The translations under genes were made by a program, and so were the position numbers. The notes beneath the pieces are model-generated. The model was not told where the DNA came from. It did no database searches and saw only the letters and a program-made list of their open reading frames with translations. From IMG/VR virus record IMGVR_UViG_3300024255_000007: 64,000 bases of DNA; one strand, 5' to 3'. Source of the DNA: an uncultured virus (IMG/VR IMGVR_UViG_3300024255_000007) (lineage: Duplodnaviria; Heunggongvirae; Uroviricota; Caudoviricetes). This document shows, one piece after another, positions 8,945 through 18,667 of the stretch (positions are counted from its first letter, which is position 1; the number at the start of each line of letters is the position of its first letter).

Positions 8945-9697
8945 ATGAATAATCATAATACTGTTGTAAGATCTCTTCAAGTTTTAACACACATTTTGCT
9001 CTTGTTCGGAGTATACTACACCTTCTCAACTTCTGCATGGGGATGGTTACTATGTAGTCTATTTGTATATTGGACTATCGGAGTACTAGGAATTAACATA
9101 GGATTCCATCGTTTAATTTCACATAGAAGTTTTGAGACTTATAAACCGATTGAATATTTTTTAGCACTTGTCGGAATCATCACTACTATAGGCTCACCGC
9201 TAGCATGGAGTGCTTTGCATAGACAACACCACGGACATACTGAAACCGAAAAAGATCCGCACTCCCCTTATCAACTAGGCTGGTTCAGAGCTTGGTTCGG
9301 GTTATGGGATGTAAAGCATATTAATTTAAGACTTGCTAAAGACTTAAGAAAAGAATCATTTTATAAGTATACTCACAAATATTACTTACATATTATCGTT
9401 GTATATAATATAATTTTAGCATTGATCAATCCTTTACTAATAGTATTTGTGTATGCTATACCTGCTGTACTGGTCTTACATAGCTCAAGTGCAATCATTG
9501 TTATTGCACATATGCACGGGTATAAAACACATGATCTAGGCCACGAAGAAGCAAGAAACAGCTGGATAGCTAGTTTGATTACACTAGGTGAAGGATGGCA
9601 TAACAACCATCATCATAATAGTAAAGCGTGGAATAATCAAGAACGCTGGTGGGAAATAGACCCTAATGCATGGATAATTAGAGCAATTAAAAAATGA
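8945..9697 (+). CDS. Membrane fatty acid desaturase (delta-9/DesC-like)
   Basis: His boxes HRLISH, HRQHH and GEGWHNNHH; WWEIDP; hydrophobic helices. Confidence 0.92.
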   Translation: MNNHNTVVRSLQVLTHILLLFGVYYTFSTSAWGWLLCSLFVYWTIGVLGINIGFHRLISHRSFETYKPIEYFLALVGIITTIGSPLAWSALHRQHHGHTETEKDPHSPYQLGWFRAWFGLWDVKHINLRLAKDLRKESFYKYTHKYYLHIIVVYNIILALINPLLIVFVYAIPAVLVLHSSSAIIVIAHMHGYKTHDLGHEEARNSWIASLITLGEGWHNNHHHNSKAWNNQERWWEIDPNAWIIRAIKK

Positions 9698-10440
9698 ACT
9701 ACGGAACTAAAGTACAATTATTAACATTAATTAATCATATAATGTTAGGCGCTGGCATATATTTTACCAATAACTGGAATTGGTTATGGCTAGGAGCTGT
9801 TATGTATCTGTTTGTAGGAATATTTGCTGCAAATATATCTATGCATAGGTACTTGTCACATAGAAGTTTTGAAACAGGTCCAATACGTGATAAATTTTTA
9901 AAGTATGTAAGTATACTTTCGTGTTTTGGAAGCCCGCTTAGTTGGGCAGCACTGCACAGACATCATCATAAAACTAGCGATACAGAAAAAGATATTCAGA
10001 ATCCGAAAGAAGTTGGAGCATTACGAAGCTGGAGTAGTTTGTACCCAGAAGCAAACATCAGCCCTAGATTAGTAAGCGATATGCTAAGAGATAAGGATGT
10101 TAAATTTATACACAACAACTATTTTAAAATAATTGTAGGTATTTACATAGTATTAGCATTAGTTGAGCCTATGATTTTAATATGGGGATTTATATTTCCA
10201 GCGGTTTTAAGTTTTCATGGCGCTGCTGCAATTGGAGTAATTCCTCACTATAGTTGGGCGGGATATAAAGTAGTTGACTCAAATGACGACAGCGTTAACA
10301 GTCCGTTAGCATGTTTATTAAGTTTAGGCGAAGGGTGGCACAACTATCATCATTACAAATCTTCTGATCATAGACATGGTCACAAATGGTGGGAATTAGA
10401 TCCTAGTGCCTGGTTAATTGAAAGGATATTTATAAAATGA
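9694..10440 (+). CDS. Membrane fatty acid desaturase, second paralog
   Basis: His boxes HRYLSH, HRHHH and GEGWHNYHH; WWELDP. Confidence 0.92.
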   Translation: MNYGTKVQLLTLINHIMLGAGIYFTNNWNWLWLGAVMYLFVGIFAANISMHRYLSHRSFETGPIRDKFLKYVSILSCFGSPLSWAALHRHHHKTSDTEKDIQNPKEVGALRSWSSLYPEANISPRLVSDMLRDKDVKFIHNNYFKIIVGIYIVLALVEPMILIWGFIFPAVLSFHGAAAIGVIPHYSWAGYKVVDSNDDSVNSPLACLLSLGEGWHNYHHYKSSDHRHGHKWWELDPSAWLIERIFIK

Positions 10441-10994
10441 CACCAGATGATTACTATATGAACTTTGCATATGTCAGTGAAAAATGGTTGTTTGAATATA
10501 TGACTAAGAATTATGCAGATTCAGACAATAAAGAATGGCTAGAGCAAATTGAAGACGAACACAAGCATACTTTAATGTGTGAAGGTGCGTTACGTAAACA
10601 GAACGTAGACTATTACAAAGATACAAGTAAAAGCATAGAACATGCAATATACGGAGAGCTGGGTAATTTTTATCCTAGCAACGACGAAGAATTTAGTGCA
10701 TTGAGTTGGATCGTAGAAAAACGTGCATTATTCTTGTATCGATATTATATGCGCAATGGCAATAACGAACTTTATAAAAAAATTACACAAGGCATTATTG
10801 ACGATGAAATAAAACATGTTGGGTTTCATAACGAAGAAATTACGCCATCGCACGAACGTATACGAGATATTGACAAAGCTATATTCACTGCATTTAACGA
10901 AACATACGGTCGTAAAGGTATGTTCGGCCAAGAGTTCTGGGAAGATCTTTTTACAGGCAAATTAAAGGAAAAGGTAAATGTCAAACTACCTTGA
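10437..10994 (+). CDS. Ferritin-like di-iron carboxylate protein
   Basis: E..(D)ExxH..E..(D)ExxH pattern: VSE, EDEHKH, IVE, DDEIKH. Confidence 0.75.
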   Translation: MTPDDYYMNFAYVSEKWLFEYMTKNYADSDNKEWLEQIEDEHKHTLMCEGALRKQNVDYYKDTSKSIEHAIYGELGNFYPSNDEEFSALSWIVEKRALFLYRYYMRNGNNELYKKITQGIIDDEIKHVGFHNEEITPSHERIRDIDKAIFTAFNETYGRKGMFGQEFWEDLFTGKLKEKVNVKLP

Positions 10995-11742
10995 TTATGT
11001 AAGTAATACAAGTTGGGTAGATATAACACCAATGTTTACTAAATGTCCTGTAGATCAAATTATGCAGGAAATATATTCTGTTGAAAGTATGTTTTTAGAA
11101 GAACGTGATCCTGAACAATATAAAGAAATGCAAGAAAAAGGTGCTGTTGGAATAGGCGAACACTTTGACAATCAGAAAAGTTGGGAAGCCGTAACTTTGT
11201 TTAGCAGCACAGGAGATTATAAAGATATTCTTACACAGGGGATACTTCCTAATCAAGATCTTAAAACATACATGGAAAGTTTTAGAAACTTACGTAATCA
11301 TAAATGGACTCAATTAGCAGAATTAATGCCAAATACTGTTTCATGGATCAAACAAGAAATAGGACAGTATATGCAGTTTAGTTATATTAAAATTGCTAAA
11401 CTAGGTCCAGACGGTGACGTTCCTGTACATACAGATGTGCCTCACGAAGACTTCGATTTTTTAAATACACAAAATACATATAACATGCTTAACAGTTTTT
11501 TAGTAGAACTAAACTTTCCCAAAGGTGTTACAGCATGGCATGATGGTGTTGAATTACCATATCAGCAAGGATCTGTAATATTTTGCAATCAAAGTAAGTC
11601 ACACGGTACTACTAATAAAGGCACTAAAACTAGATACAATCTTAGAATACAAGGATTACATAATAAAAGATTTAGAGAAGTTCTATTGAAGTCTGCTAAA
11701 GACTTTACTATGTATCCAAACTCTAGTAAACAGTTTTTATGA
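10978..11742 (+). CDS. Fe(II)/2OG oxygenase, aspartyl/asparaginyl beta-hydroxylase-like
   Basis: IAKLGPDGDVPVHTD (HxD), HGTTN, RYNL. Confidence 0.8.
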   Translation: MSNYLDYVSNTSWVDITPMFTKCPVDQIMQEIYSVESMFLEERDPEQYKEMQEKGAVGIGEHFDNQKSWEAVTLFSSTGDYKDILTQGILPNQDLKTYMESFRNLRNHKWTQLAELMPNTVSWIKQEIGQYMQFSYIKIAKLGPDGDVPVHTDVPHEDFDFLNTQNTYNMLNSFLVELNFPKGVTAWHDGVELPYQQGSVIFCNQSKSHGTTNKGTKTRYNLRIQGLHNKRFREVLLKSAKDFTMYPNSSKQFL

Positions 11743-12305
11743 TCAAGTACAACTTTAAAAATGTCACTATAGATCAATATTATCAAATTAAAGATGACGT
11801 TGAATTTTTAATGTCACAAATGCAAGACGATAAGTTATCAGCAAATTATACATATGATAATTTTTTTAAAGACGATCCGTTGTTTATAAGTATTATTTAC
11901 AAATACAATCAACCATTCGAAGTAAGCACTGTAATAAAAAGAGATATGTTTAATGGCGGTTGTCGAGTATTAAACAGATTAATGGTAAGCCCTTTATTGC
12001 GAGAAAAGCATACAGCAGTAGGTATTCCTGAGACTACATTAACAATGTTAAAGAGTCAGATTGAATTTGCTAAAGAGCACTTCAACTTTGCATTTATAAG
12101 TCGACAGTTTAATACTTATAGATTCTGTAAACGCTTTGCACAAGATGCTAATAACTTTTTAGATACTAAATGGTTATACGAAAAAGATCGTTTTTTAGTA
12201 TGTAATGATAAGAACCCGAACAGCAGTTGTTGGCAAAATATAGCATGGACTAACTTTAAAGGCCTTGATACTTTTCCTTTACAAGCTCAGTCATCTTTCC
12301 ACTAA
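11739..12305 (+). CDS. Possible GNAT-fold acyltransferase
   Basis: RVLNRLMVSPLLR...QIEFAKE...AFISR resembles GNAT motif A and the following strand; weak. Confidence 0.5.
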   Translation: MIKYNFKNVTIDQYYQIKDDVEFLMSQMQDDKLSANYTYDNFFKDDPLFISIIYKYNQPFEVSTVIKRDMFNGGCRVLNRLMVSPLLREKHTAVGIPETTLTMLKSQIEFAKEHFNFAFISRQFNTYRFCKRFAQDANNFLDTKWLYEKDRFLVCNDKNPNSSCWQNIAWTNFKGLDTFPLQAQSSFH

Positions 12306-13092
12306 GACATTCGGATTCGCTCATAAAGATTAAATCAGTAGGTGTATCAGTACATTGTAGTTGTAGATCTCTATAATTATCCCACAAATAATCATTAGGA
12401 TACTTCTTCATCAACATAGTAGCAAGTGCCATATTACCAATAGGCAAGTATGCTACATCATTTAATAATCCTTTATCTATTACATATTCTTTAGAATACC
12501 ATAGGCCTAGTCTATTAAGGGCTAATCCAAAATTTTTAGAAAAACTAAAAAATATATTAGTTACACTTTTAGGTATTTTAAATTCAACAGGCTTGCTAGC
12601 ACCATAATATGCACAATCTAACCAGCATTCAATATCTTCTTGATGACACTTTTCCAATAGTTGATGTTGTAGTTCATGCACTTTGCCATCTCTACAGAAC
12701 GGTACACTAGTTACAAACACGCAGGCGTCTGTTAGATCTTCAACAGTTTTAACCCAAACAATTTCAATACCGTACTTTTTTGCAATAAAAGGATACCATC
12801 TGTATTCGTTTTCAACCATTGCAATTTTTTTATTTGTATGAGATAATGCTATTAAACACTGTGTTATAGCTTCTGTACTGCCGTTTACAGCATACTTTCC
12901 AAAGTTTGGTAGTTTGATGCCGACCCAAGTTTCGAATGTGCTGTAGAAGCTGTCTATTGCTTTAAATCGTGTTTTTATATCCCAATCTTGATCAAAATAG
13001 AAGTACTCTCCCATAGGAAAATTCATAATATCATTATGTATTTCTGGAGGTCTAAAAGGTACAATCACATCTTTAATATTTCTTATACGCAT
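12256..13092 (-). CDS. PLP-dependent fold-type-I aminotransferase-like enzyme (short)
   Basis: NGSTEAI, WLDCAYY (DxAY) and FSFSKNFGL..NRLG (Schiff-base Lys motif). Confidence 0.85.
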   Translation of the reverse strand: MRIRNIKDVIVPFRPPEIHNDIMNFPMGEYFYFDQDWDIKTRFKAIDSFYSTFETWVGIKLPNFGKYAVNGSTEAITQCLIALSHTNKKIAMVENEYRWYPFIAKKYGIEIVWVKTVEDLTDACVFVTSVPFCRDGKVHELQHQLLEKCHQEDIECWLDCAYYGASKPVEFKIPKSVTNIFFSFSKNFGLALNRLGLWYSKEYVIDKGLLNDVAYLPIGNMALATMLMKKYPNDYLWDNYRDLQLQCTDTPTDLIFMSESECLSGKMTELVKEKYQGL

Positions 13093-13649
13093 TACTGCTC
13101 CTTTAATAGGTTATCACACAAATAATCAAAACTATAACTATCGTCCCAGTGAAAACTTAAAACTATCCTAGATCCAGAATTTTCATTAATAACTTGGTGC
13201 CATTCTGTGGCTCTAAACAATCCGCCGCAGGTTGTACTAGGATACCATCGTTCACTAACTTCATAGTTTCCTTCTTCAGAATCCCAAAACTTAACATAAC
13301 TTTTGTCCCATTCGCCGTATACCGGAAAGTTTAATGCTCCAACTCTTGATTCAATATCTACATGTATAGGACCAGTTCCTGCGTCACTTTTAATAAATGC
13401 TGCATATTTAGGTGTAATAGCTAACTTATCTGTAATAGGTTTAAAACATTCAAAACGAGGGTCATTGCTGCCACAATAATGCATTTGTATGCCTCCTGGA
13501 CCAATATGAAACCATCCCTTGTCAGCTTTCATTATATCATCAACTTGCGGTTCGTTTGTATTAAACGGATTAGGTAAATTATCTAAAAGATATTGTTGGC
13601 CTAATTCAGGTGTCCAATTTAATTCTGGAAATTCCTTAAAATAAATCAT
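13092..13649 (-). CDS. Fe(II)/2OG oxygenase-like (DSBH) protein
   Basis: PIHVD, ALNFPV, WHQVIN, RIVLS; likely start MIYFKEF at 13649. Confidence 0.65.
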   Translation of the reverse strand: MIYFKEFPELNWTPELGQQYLLDNLPNPFNTNEPQVDDIMKADKGWFHIGPGGIQMHYCGSNDPRFECFKPITDKLAITPKYAAFIKSDAGTGPIHVDIESRVGALNFPVYGEWDKSYVKFWDSEEGNYEVSERWYPSTTCGGLFRATEWHQVINENSGSRIVLSFHWDDSYSFDYLCDNLLKEQ

Positions 13650-14355
13650 TAGTTTCTTTCCAATCACTTTCCATTATCATCCCAGTAAGTGTTACACGCA
13701 TGTTCTCGCCTGCATCAGAATCAACTCTAGTTATTCCGTGTACAACTCTTTTATTAATTAGTATTAATCTGTTTGGCTTAGGGCTAACAAACATTCCGAG
13801 ACCGTAATCTATAATAGGTTTATATTTGTCAGCTTGCTGAAACATTTCCATAGGACTGTTAGTGTTTGTATAACAGTCGTGATGCACAGTACCTTCTTCT
13901 AAAGGAAGAACTTGCTGATAGTCTACACTTCCAAGGGGGCATATAAGGAGTGTGCTATCCCAATTTATTTGCCAGTGTCTGTGTAAATAATAAGTGTAAG
14001 TTGTAAATCCTAAATCGTTGTGCCACGGGTTTTTACTGTTGACCGGATATGCATGGCAGCGCATCGCAATTTCTATATAGTCTTTAGCAAAAGGTTTTGC
14101 TTCGGGGCATTTATTAAGAAATTCTGTAAAGTGTTTAAACCACAGATCACTGTTGTCATTAAAAGGACCTTCAGTGAGCCAACGCTTATTATTTTTATAG
14201 TTTGCGCCGTCAGTGTAATGCCAAAATTTATCATCTGCACCTGATTGACTCCATTTGTCAACTTGTACTTGATTCCAAATTTTATCCCAAATGTCTTGAG
14301 GTAAGAAATCATCTATTACTAGTGCTTCTGGTGTGTTTATTACAATATTATACAT
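13636..14355 (-). CDS. Fe(II)/2OG oxygenase (prolyl-hydroxylase-like)
   Basis: VIDDFLP, WHND, YYLH..W..NW, PKPNRLI, HGITRV, RVTL. Confidence 0.85.
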   Translation of the reverse strand: MYNIVINTPEALVIDDFLPQDIWDKIWNQVQVDKWSQSGADDKFWHYTDGANYKNNKRWLTEGPFNDNSDLWFKHFTEFLNKCPEAKPFAKDYIEIAMRCHAYPVNSKNPWHNDLGFTTYTYYLHRHWQINWDSTLLICPLGSVDYQQVLPLEEGTVHHDCYTNTNSPMEMFQQADKYKPIIDYGLGMFVSPKPNRLILINKRVVHGITRVDSDAGENMRVTLTGMIMESDWKETNDLF

Positions 14356-15370
14356 AAGACTGTCGTTCGCCTTCTCTACTTAAATCTAGTGTTACGCAAT
14401 GTAATCCGCTATCCCAAAAGTACTTATGTCGAAAATCAAAAGGTATCATATCAACACCGTGTTTTTTAAGTTTACGTTCTACTTCAGGATCATGACCATT
14501 AGTTATTACAGTATTAGCATCTATGCTTACTACATTAATATCGAACACAGTCTCGTCTACATAACCGATCCAATGATCTAACCAACTTGTGACTTTATCT
14601 TTGTAAAAGTGCTGGATTTTAATATCATTAAAATAATCAGGTAGCGGCTTGCGTTCTAGTTTAATATAGTCCCAACTTTTTAATTCTTCTGGTATTGCAC
14701 TAGGATCCCAACAGAATAGCAGTCCGGGTTTGATTAGTGCAATTTTTCCGTCTGCATGTCCTGTTCTAGGTATTTCTGCCCATTTAACATCATAGCCTAT
14801 ATTACGTTTTATCCAGTCTAATCCTGCATATGTTCCTCTTCCGTGCTGCTCCGGTGCATAAGGCTGCGTGTGTAACAACATGTCGCCGCACTTAATAATG
14901 TTTGCTGCATGCCATAGTATTTGGCCTTCTAGTTGTTCGTACTCCTTGTAGTCGCTTTGTAGTAGCGGCTTAGGCATACTTATATAGTTGCGTCCTTCTT
15001 TGAATTTTTTAAGCATAATGTCTAAGAAGTAATCGCTTTCTGTATATCTATTACAGTCTCCACCGATAGTACCTAGTATTGTATTTCCGTACACAACATG
15101 AAAATCTCTAGGACATATTGCAGGATAAGGATACTTTGAATTCCAAGTTCTAGTGTTTTCTTTTAATAAGGGCAGTTGTTTAGGCCTATGTACTTTAACA
15201 TTATAACTTTTAAATATGTCAGAGAGTTTAGAAAAATCTTGTTCTGTTTCCTCTAAAATTTTAGCCATTCCATCTATAAACTTGTTATCGTCAAATTGCT
15301 GTAACGATTCTAAATCATATGTAGAACCTACTACAACTTCTGTTAACTTATCCCATTCAGTAAATATCAT
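14348..15370 (-). CDS. Amidinotransferase (glycine/inosamine-phosphate amidinotransferase family)
   Basis: TEWDKLTEVVVG, CPRD, GHADG and SGLHCVTLDLSR (catalytic Cys). Confidence 0.88.
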   Translation of the reverse strand: MIFTEWDKLTEVVVGSTYDLESLQQFDDNKFIDGMAKILEETEQDFSKLSDIFKSYNVKVHRPKQLPLLKENTRTWNSKYPYPAICPRDFHVVYGNTILGTIGGDCNRYTESDYFLDIMLKKFKEGRNYISMPKPLLQSDYKEYEQLEGQILWHAANIIKCGDMLLHTQPYAPEQHGRGTYAGLDWIKRNIGYDVKWAEIPRTGHADGKIALIKPGLLFCWDPSAIPEELKSWDYIKLERKPLPDYFNDIKIQHFYKDKVTSWLDHWIGYVDETVFDINVVSIDANTVITNGHDPEVERKLKKHGVDMIPFDFRHKYFWDSGLHCVTLDLSREGERQSYV

Positions 15371-16542
15371 TTATATGTATTCCACCAATTATTATATGCT
15401 TCTATATCTTTATCATATTGTACCAAATCAGAGTTTGATAAAGAAACCATACCTAGACTACTTAACATACTAGTCGAAGGATTAACTTTTTTTGGTAAAT
15501 TAAAAAGTATATTGTGATCTATTTTTCCAATAAAGCTAGGAATCTCTTCTAACATTGGCCAGTTAATACTTTCAATATACTTAGAACTTTCTACATTAAC
15601 CCAGAATCTTTCATATGGCTGATTATAATCGTAGTAAGAAATTCTGTTTTTAAATTTATCAGTATTTAAATATAAATTACTAACATGTGTAGATAGTTTT
15701 ATGCCTGAAGATAGATAAACTCCGTGATCACTTATGTGTCCGTGTTTTCTAAAATTTATTTCAACTAGATGTATTTTGTGTTTCTCATCTACTATTACTT
15801 GTGCGCAAGTAACACCGAAATTCCAGTTTAACGCATCTAAACATAAACATACATACTCGTACAATTCGTCAATGAAATATCTATTCTCTGTATAATTCAT
15901 TACCGATTCTTTATATTGCCATAACGATCCATGTTTTTTACTATACTCTGTAGCAAGTAATAAATGATGTTCGCCGGATGCTGTTGCAATATCTATTGTA
16001 TATTCCGGACCATCAATATATTCTTGTGCTATATAATCGTTAGAATTTAAGGATGGTAAACTAGATAGACTATTCACATAGTATACATTTTCGCTTCCGC
16101 CACGACTTTCTTTAGGTTTTACAACTACAGGATATTCTTCTATATTATTAAGACTGTACTGTCTTGTAGTAACAATTCCTTTTTCTCTAAGTAAATTTAA
16201 ATACAATTCTTTATCTTTGATTATATCAATTGTTTCTAGAGAATTTGATTTTTTGGGTACATAACGATTTTGAAGTTTTAATGCAAGATCAACGCTATCA
16301 TCTCCACTGGGAATACAGGCAATTATTTTATGCGTTTGCGCATATCGATCTATTACTTCTTTAGTATAAACTTCTTCGTAGTGAAAACTCGTATCATCCT
16401 TTCTGTACTTGTTATGTATTGTATTTTTGTCCTCTTCAGACGACCAAAGTATTAATATCTTGTATGTATAATTGTTAAAGACTTCTCTAACTACATCATA
16501 ATGGTCTCTTGCAGGATTTACTATAACTACTAATTCGTTCAT
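15367..16542 (-). CDS. ATP-grasp ligase (L-amino-acid ligase-like)
   Basis: DKELY, YPVVVKP..SRGGSENV, QEYIDGPEYTID, VEINFR. Confidence 0.88.
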   Translation of the reverse strand: MNELVVIVNPARDHYDVVREVFNNYTYKILILWSSEEDKNTIHNKYRKDDTSFHYEEVYTKEVIDRYAQTHKIIACIPSGDDSVDLALKLQNRYVPKKSNSLETIDIIKDKELYLNLLREKGIVTTRQYSLNNIEEYPVVVKPKESRGGSENVYYVNSLSSLPSLNSNDYIAQEYIDGPEYTIDIATASGEHHLLLATEYSKKHGSLWQYKESVMNYTENRYFIDELYEYVCLCLDALNWNFGVTCAQVIVDEKHKIHLVEINFRKHGHISDHGVYLSSGIKLSTHVSNLYLNTDKFKNRISYYDYNQPYERFWVNVESSKYIESINWPMLEEIPSFIGKIDHNILFNLPKKVNPSTSMLSSLGMVSLSNSDLVQYDKDIEAYNNWWNTYK

Positions 16543-17576
16543 GACAAAAAGTTTTCCATCTTATCGTCTCTAGCAAGATCTAATGTTATACAATGTATTC
16601 CGCAGTCCCAGAAAAATCTATGGCGGAAATCAAAAGGTATGCACTCAATACCATATTTTTTACATTTATTAAAGATTTCTTTGTTATATCCGTTTGTTAT
16701 TACAGTATTCTCGTCAATACTTACTACATTAACATCAAAGATTGTTTCCATAGGTAAGTATTCAAATCCTACCCAGTGCGGCATATCTTTCATTATAACT
16801 TCGTTGTAAAAGTCATTTCTAATTCTATTTTTTACATGTTGGGGCAATTCGTGTTTGTCAACTACTATTCTATCCCAATCTTGCATCTCTTTAGGTACAA
16901 GACTTTCATCGTGAATCATTAATAATCCAGGTTTTAACAAAGCTATCTTTCCGTCTACATGTCCAGCAGCAGGAACTTCAGCCCAGTTAACATCGTAACC
17001 AATGTTTTTCTTAACCCAATTAAATCCTGCGTTAGTACCTCGACCTTTTTGGTTAATAGGCCGATCTGCATATTCTTGAGTATCATGAGGCCTAGAATGG
17101 ATTAATGTGTTGCCGCACTTTATAATATTTGCAGCATGATATAATGGCATATTATCATGATCGGCATAGTTTGCATAATGATTCGGAAGTAGCGGTTTAG
17201 GCATACTAATAAAGTTTCTTCCTTCATTAGCCTTTTCGTTCATAATATTGTAGAAAAATAAACTTTCAAGGTATCGATTTGGATCGCCGCCTATCGTTGA
17301 CAATATGTTATTTCCGTATACTATATGGAAGTCTCGAGGACATATTGCAGGCAATGGATACTTAGTTGCCCATTGATTAGTTTTAATTTCATTCAAAGAA
17401 ACATTATCTGGTCTACGTACTTTGACACCGGCATCTTTGAAGATTTTATTTAATACTTGAAAATCTTCTTCTGTTTCTTCTAATACTTTTTTAAGAAAGT
17501 CAGACTCTACTTCGTCAGGATCGTAAACTTTTCCAACTACTACTTCTTTTAATTTCCCCCATTCTGTCCAAATCAT
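16539..17576 (-). CDS. Amidinotransferase, second paralog
   Basis: TEWGKLKEVVVG, CPRD, GHVDG and CGIHCITLDLAR; start MIWTEW at 17576 (ATGA overlap). Confidence 0.88.
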   Translation of the reverse strand: MIWTEWGKLKEVVVGKVYDPDEVESDFLKKVLEETEEDFQVLNKIFKDAGVKVRRPDNVSLNEIKTNQWATKYPLPAICPRDFHIVYGNNILSTIGGDPNRYLESLFFYNIMNEKANEGRNFISMPKPLLPNHYANYADHDNMPLYHAANIIKCGNTLIHSRPHDTQEYADRPINQKGRGTNAGFNWVKKNIGYDVNWAEVPAAGHVDGKIALLKPGLLMIHDESLVPKEMQDWDRIVVDKHELPQHVKNRIRNDFYNEVIMKDMPHWVGFEYLPMETIFDVNVVSIDENTVITNGYNKEIFNKCKKYGIECIPFDFRHRFFWDCGIHCITLDLARDDKMENFLS

Positions 17577-18202
17577 ACTTGACTCCATTGCGACGATACA
17601 TAAGTTCCTTTAGAACCAATATTCATCCCTATACTAATTCTTATACTATCAGTTTTATTTTTTTCTGTAAAGTGTCTAATATATCCCGGAAACATCATTA
17701 GATCGTTTTGCTGCACATTCATAGTTTGTGCAAACTCATCAAACGGAAAGTTTACAGGTTGCGAACCTAGTAGTGCTTCTAACGGATGTTGTAATGTTAG
17801 ATCGCCTGCGTTATCTGTTTTATCTAGATAAAACACGGCTGTAATAGGTGTCGGACCATGAAAATGACTAGGAACAAATCCTCCCCGTGTACTTAATGTT
17901 GCCCACATTTCTTGTATGTACGGCTGAAGGTCAGGATGATAGTTTAGTTCTTTCCAGTACTCGGCTAAGGCTGTATTAACTTCTTTTACAAGTAGATCAG
18001 ACTCTTCCCAAGTTTGCATATGGCGTTCAATTCCATATGTATTAATTGTATTACCGTCTTTCATACCTACTACGCTTATATGATCGCCGTAGTCTTCTAC
18101 ATCCATAAGTTTTAATACTCGTTGTCGAAAACTTTGAAGATTTAAGTCTCCTAAATTTTTCTTGTAAATTGGAATACTAAACATTTGTTCTACATTAGGC
18201 AT
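17573..18202 (-). CDS. Putative Fe(II)/2OG oxygenase (TIGR02466-like)
   Basis: MFSIPIY, SHFH, AVFYL, MFPGYIRH, RISIGMN. Confidence 0.8.
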   Translation of the reverse strand: MPNVEQMFSIPIYKKNLGDLNLQSFRQRVLKLMDVEDYGDHISVVGMKDGNTINTYGIERHMQTWEESDLLVKEVNTALAEYWKELNYHPDLQPYIQEMWATLSTRGGFVPSHFHGPTPITAVFYLDKTDNAGDLTLQHPLEALLGSQPVNFPFDEFAQTMNVQQNDLMMFPGYIRHFTEKNKTDSIRISIGMNIGSKGTYVSSQWSQV

Positions 18203-18635
18203 TTTCGGTTATCTCTTTCAAATAGTGCTCAGGCCAATTTTGATAATAATCTGTAGTCTGCAAGTATGCTCTTTTTTTGTTAATATCGCCTTTGTCTTGT
18301 ATAAAAATACAGTTTGTAAAGTTTTTAACAAAATGACCGCTATTAGTAGTACTTTTAAAGTACAGAAGATTGTCATTTTTTGCTGTTAATTCTTTTATTA
18401 CTTGATCAACATTTAATAAATTATCATTTAACCAAGCTACTCCTAGTTTATACTGTTTGTTGTCAAACTTTGCACAAGCATTAAATACGTCTTGAGTTGC
18501 ATCGATAAATTGTATTTCATTTTTCAACCTGGCTGTTTTAGCAAACGGACATACTGGATATCCGTTATCTTGCACAGGCTCTATATATTCTATTGCCCAG
18601 GTTAGAAAGTTATGTTTAAATTCATCGTATGTCAT
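18195..18635 (-). CDS. Hypothetical protein with CPFA motif (DUF1415-like)
   Basis: W...IE....G.PVCPFAK.A and C-terminal R..L..TDYY..W. Confidence 0.6.
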   Translation of the reverse strand: MTYDEFKHNFLTWAIEYIEPVQDNGYPVCPFAKTARLKNEIQFIDATQDVFNACAKFDNKQYKLGVAWLNDNLLNVDQVIKELTAKNDNLLYFKSTTNSGHFVKNFTNCIFIQDKGDINKKRAYLQTTDYYQNWPEHYLKEITENA

Positions 18636-18653
18636 AGCTATGACAATATTTAT
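18630..18653 (-). promoter_or_regulatory. ATAAATA motif plus 16-bp palindrome containing the start codon
   Basis: TATTTAT 18647-18653 (ATAAATA on minus); TGTCATAGCTATGACA 18630-18645 is a perfect palindrome that includes the ATG at 18635. Confidence 0.65.
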
Positions 18654-18667
18654 GGTGTAGAAGTGTG

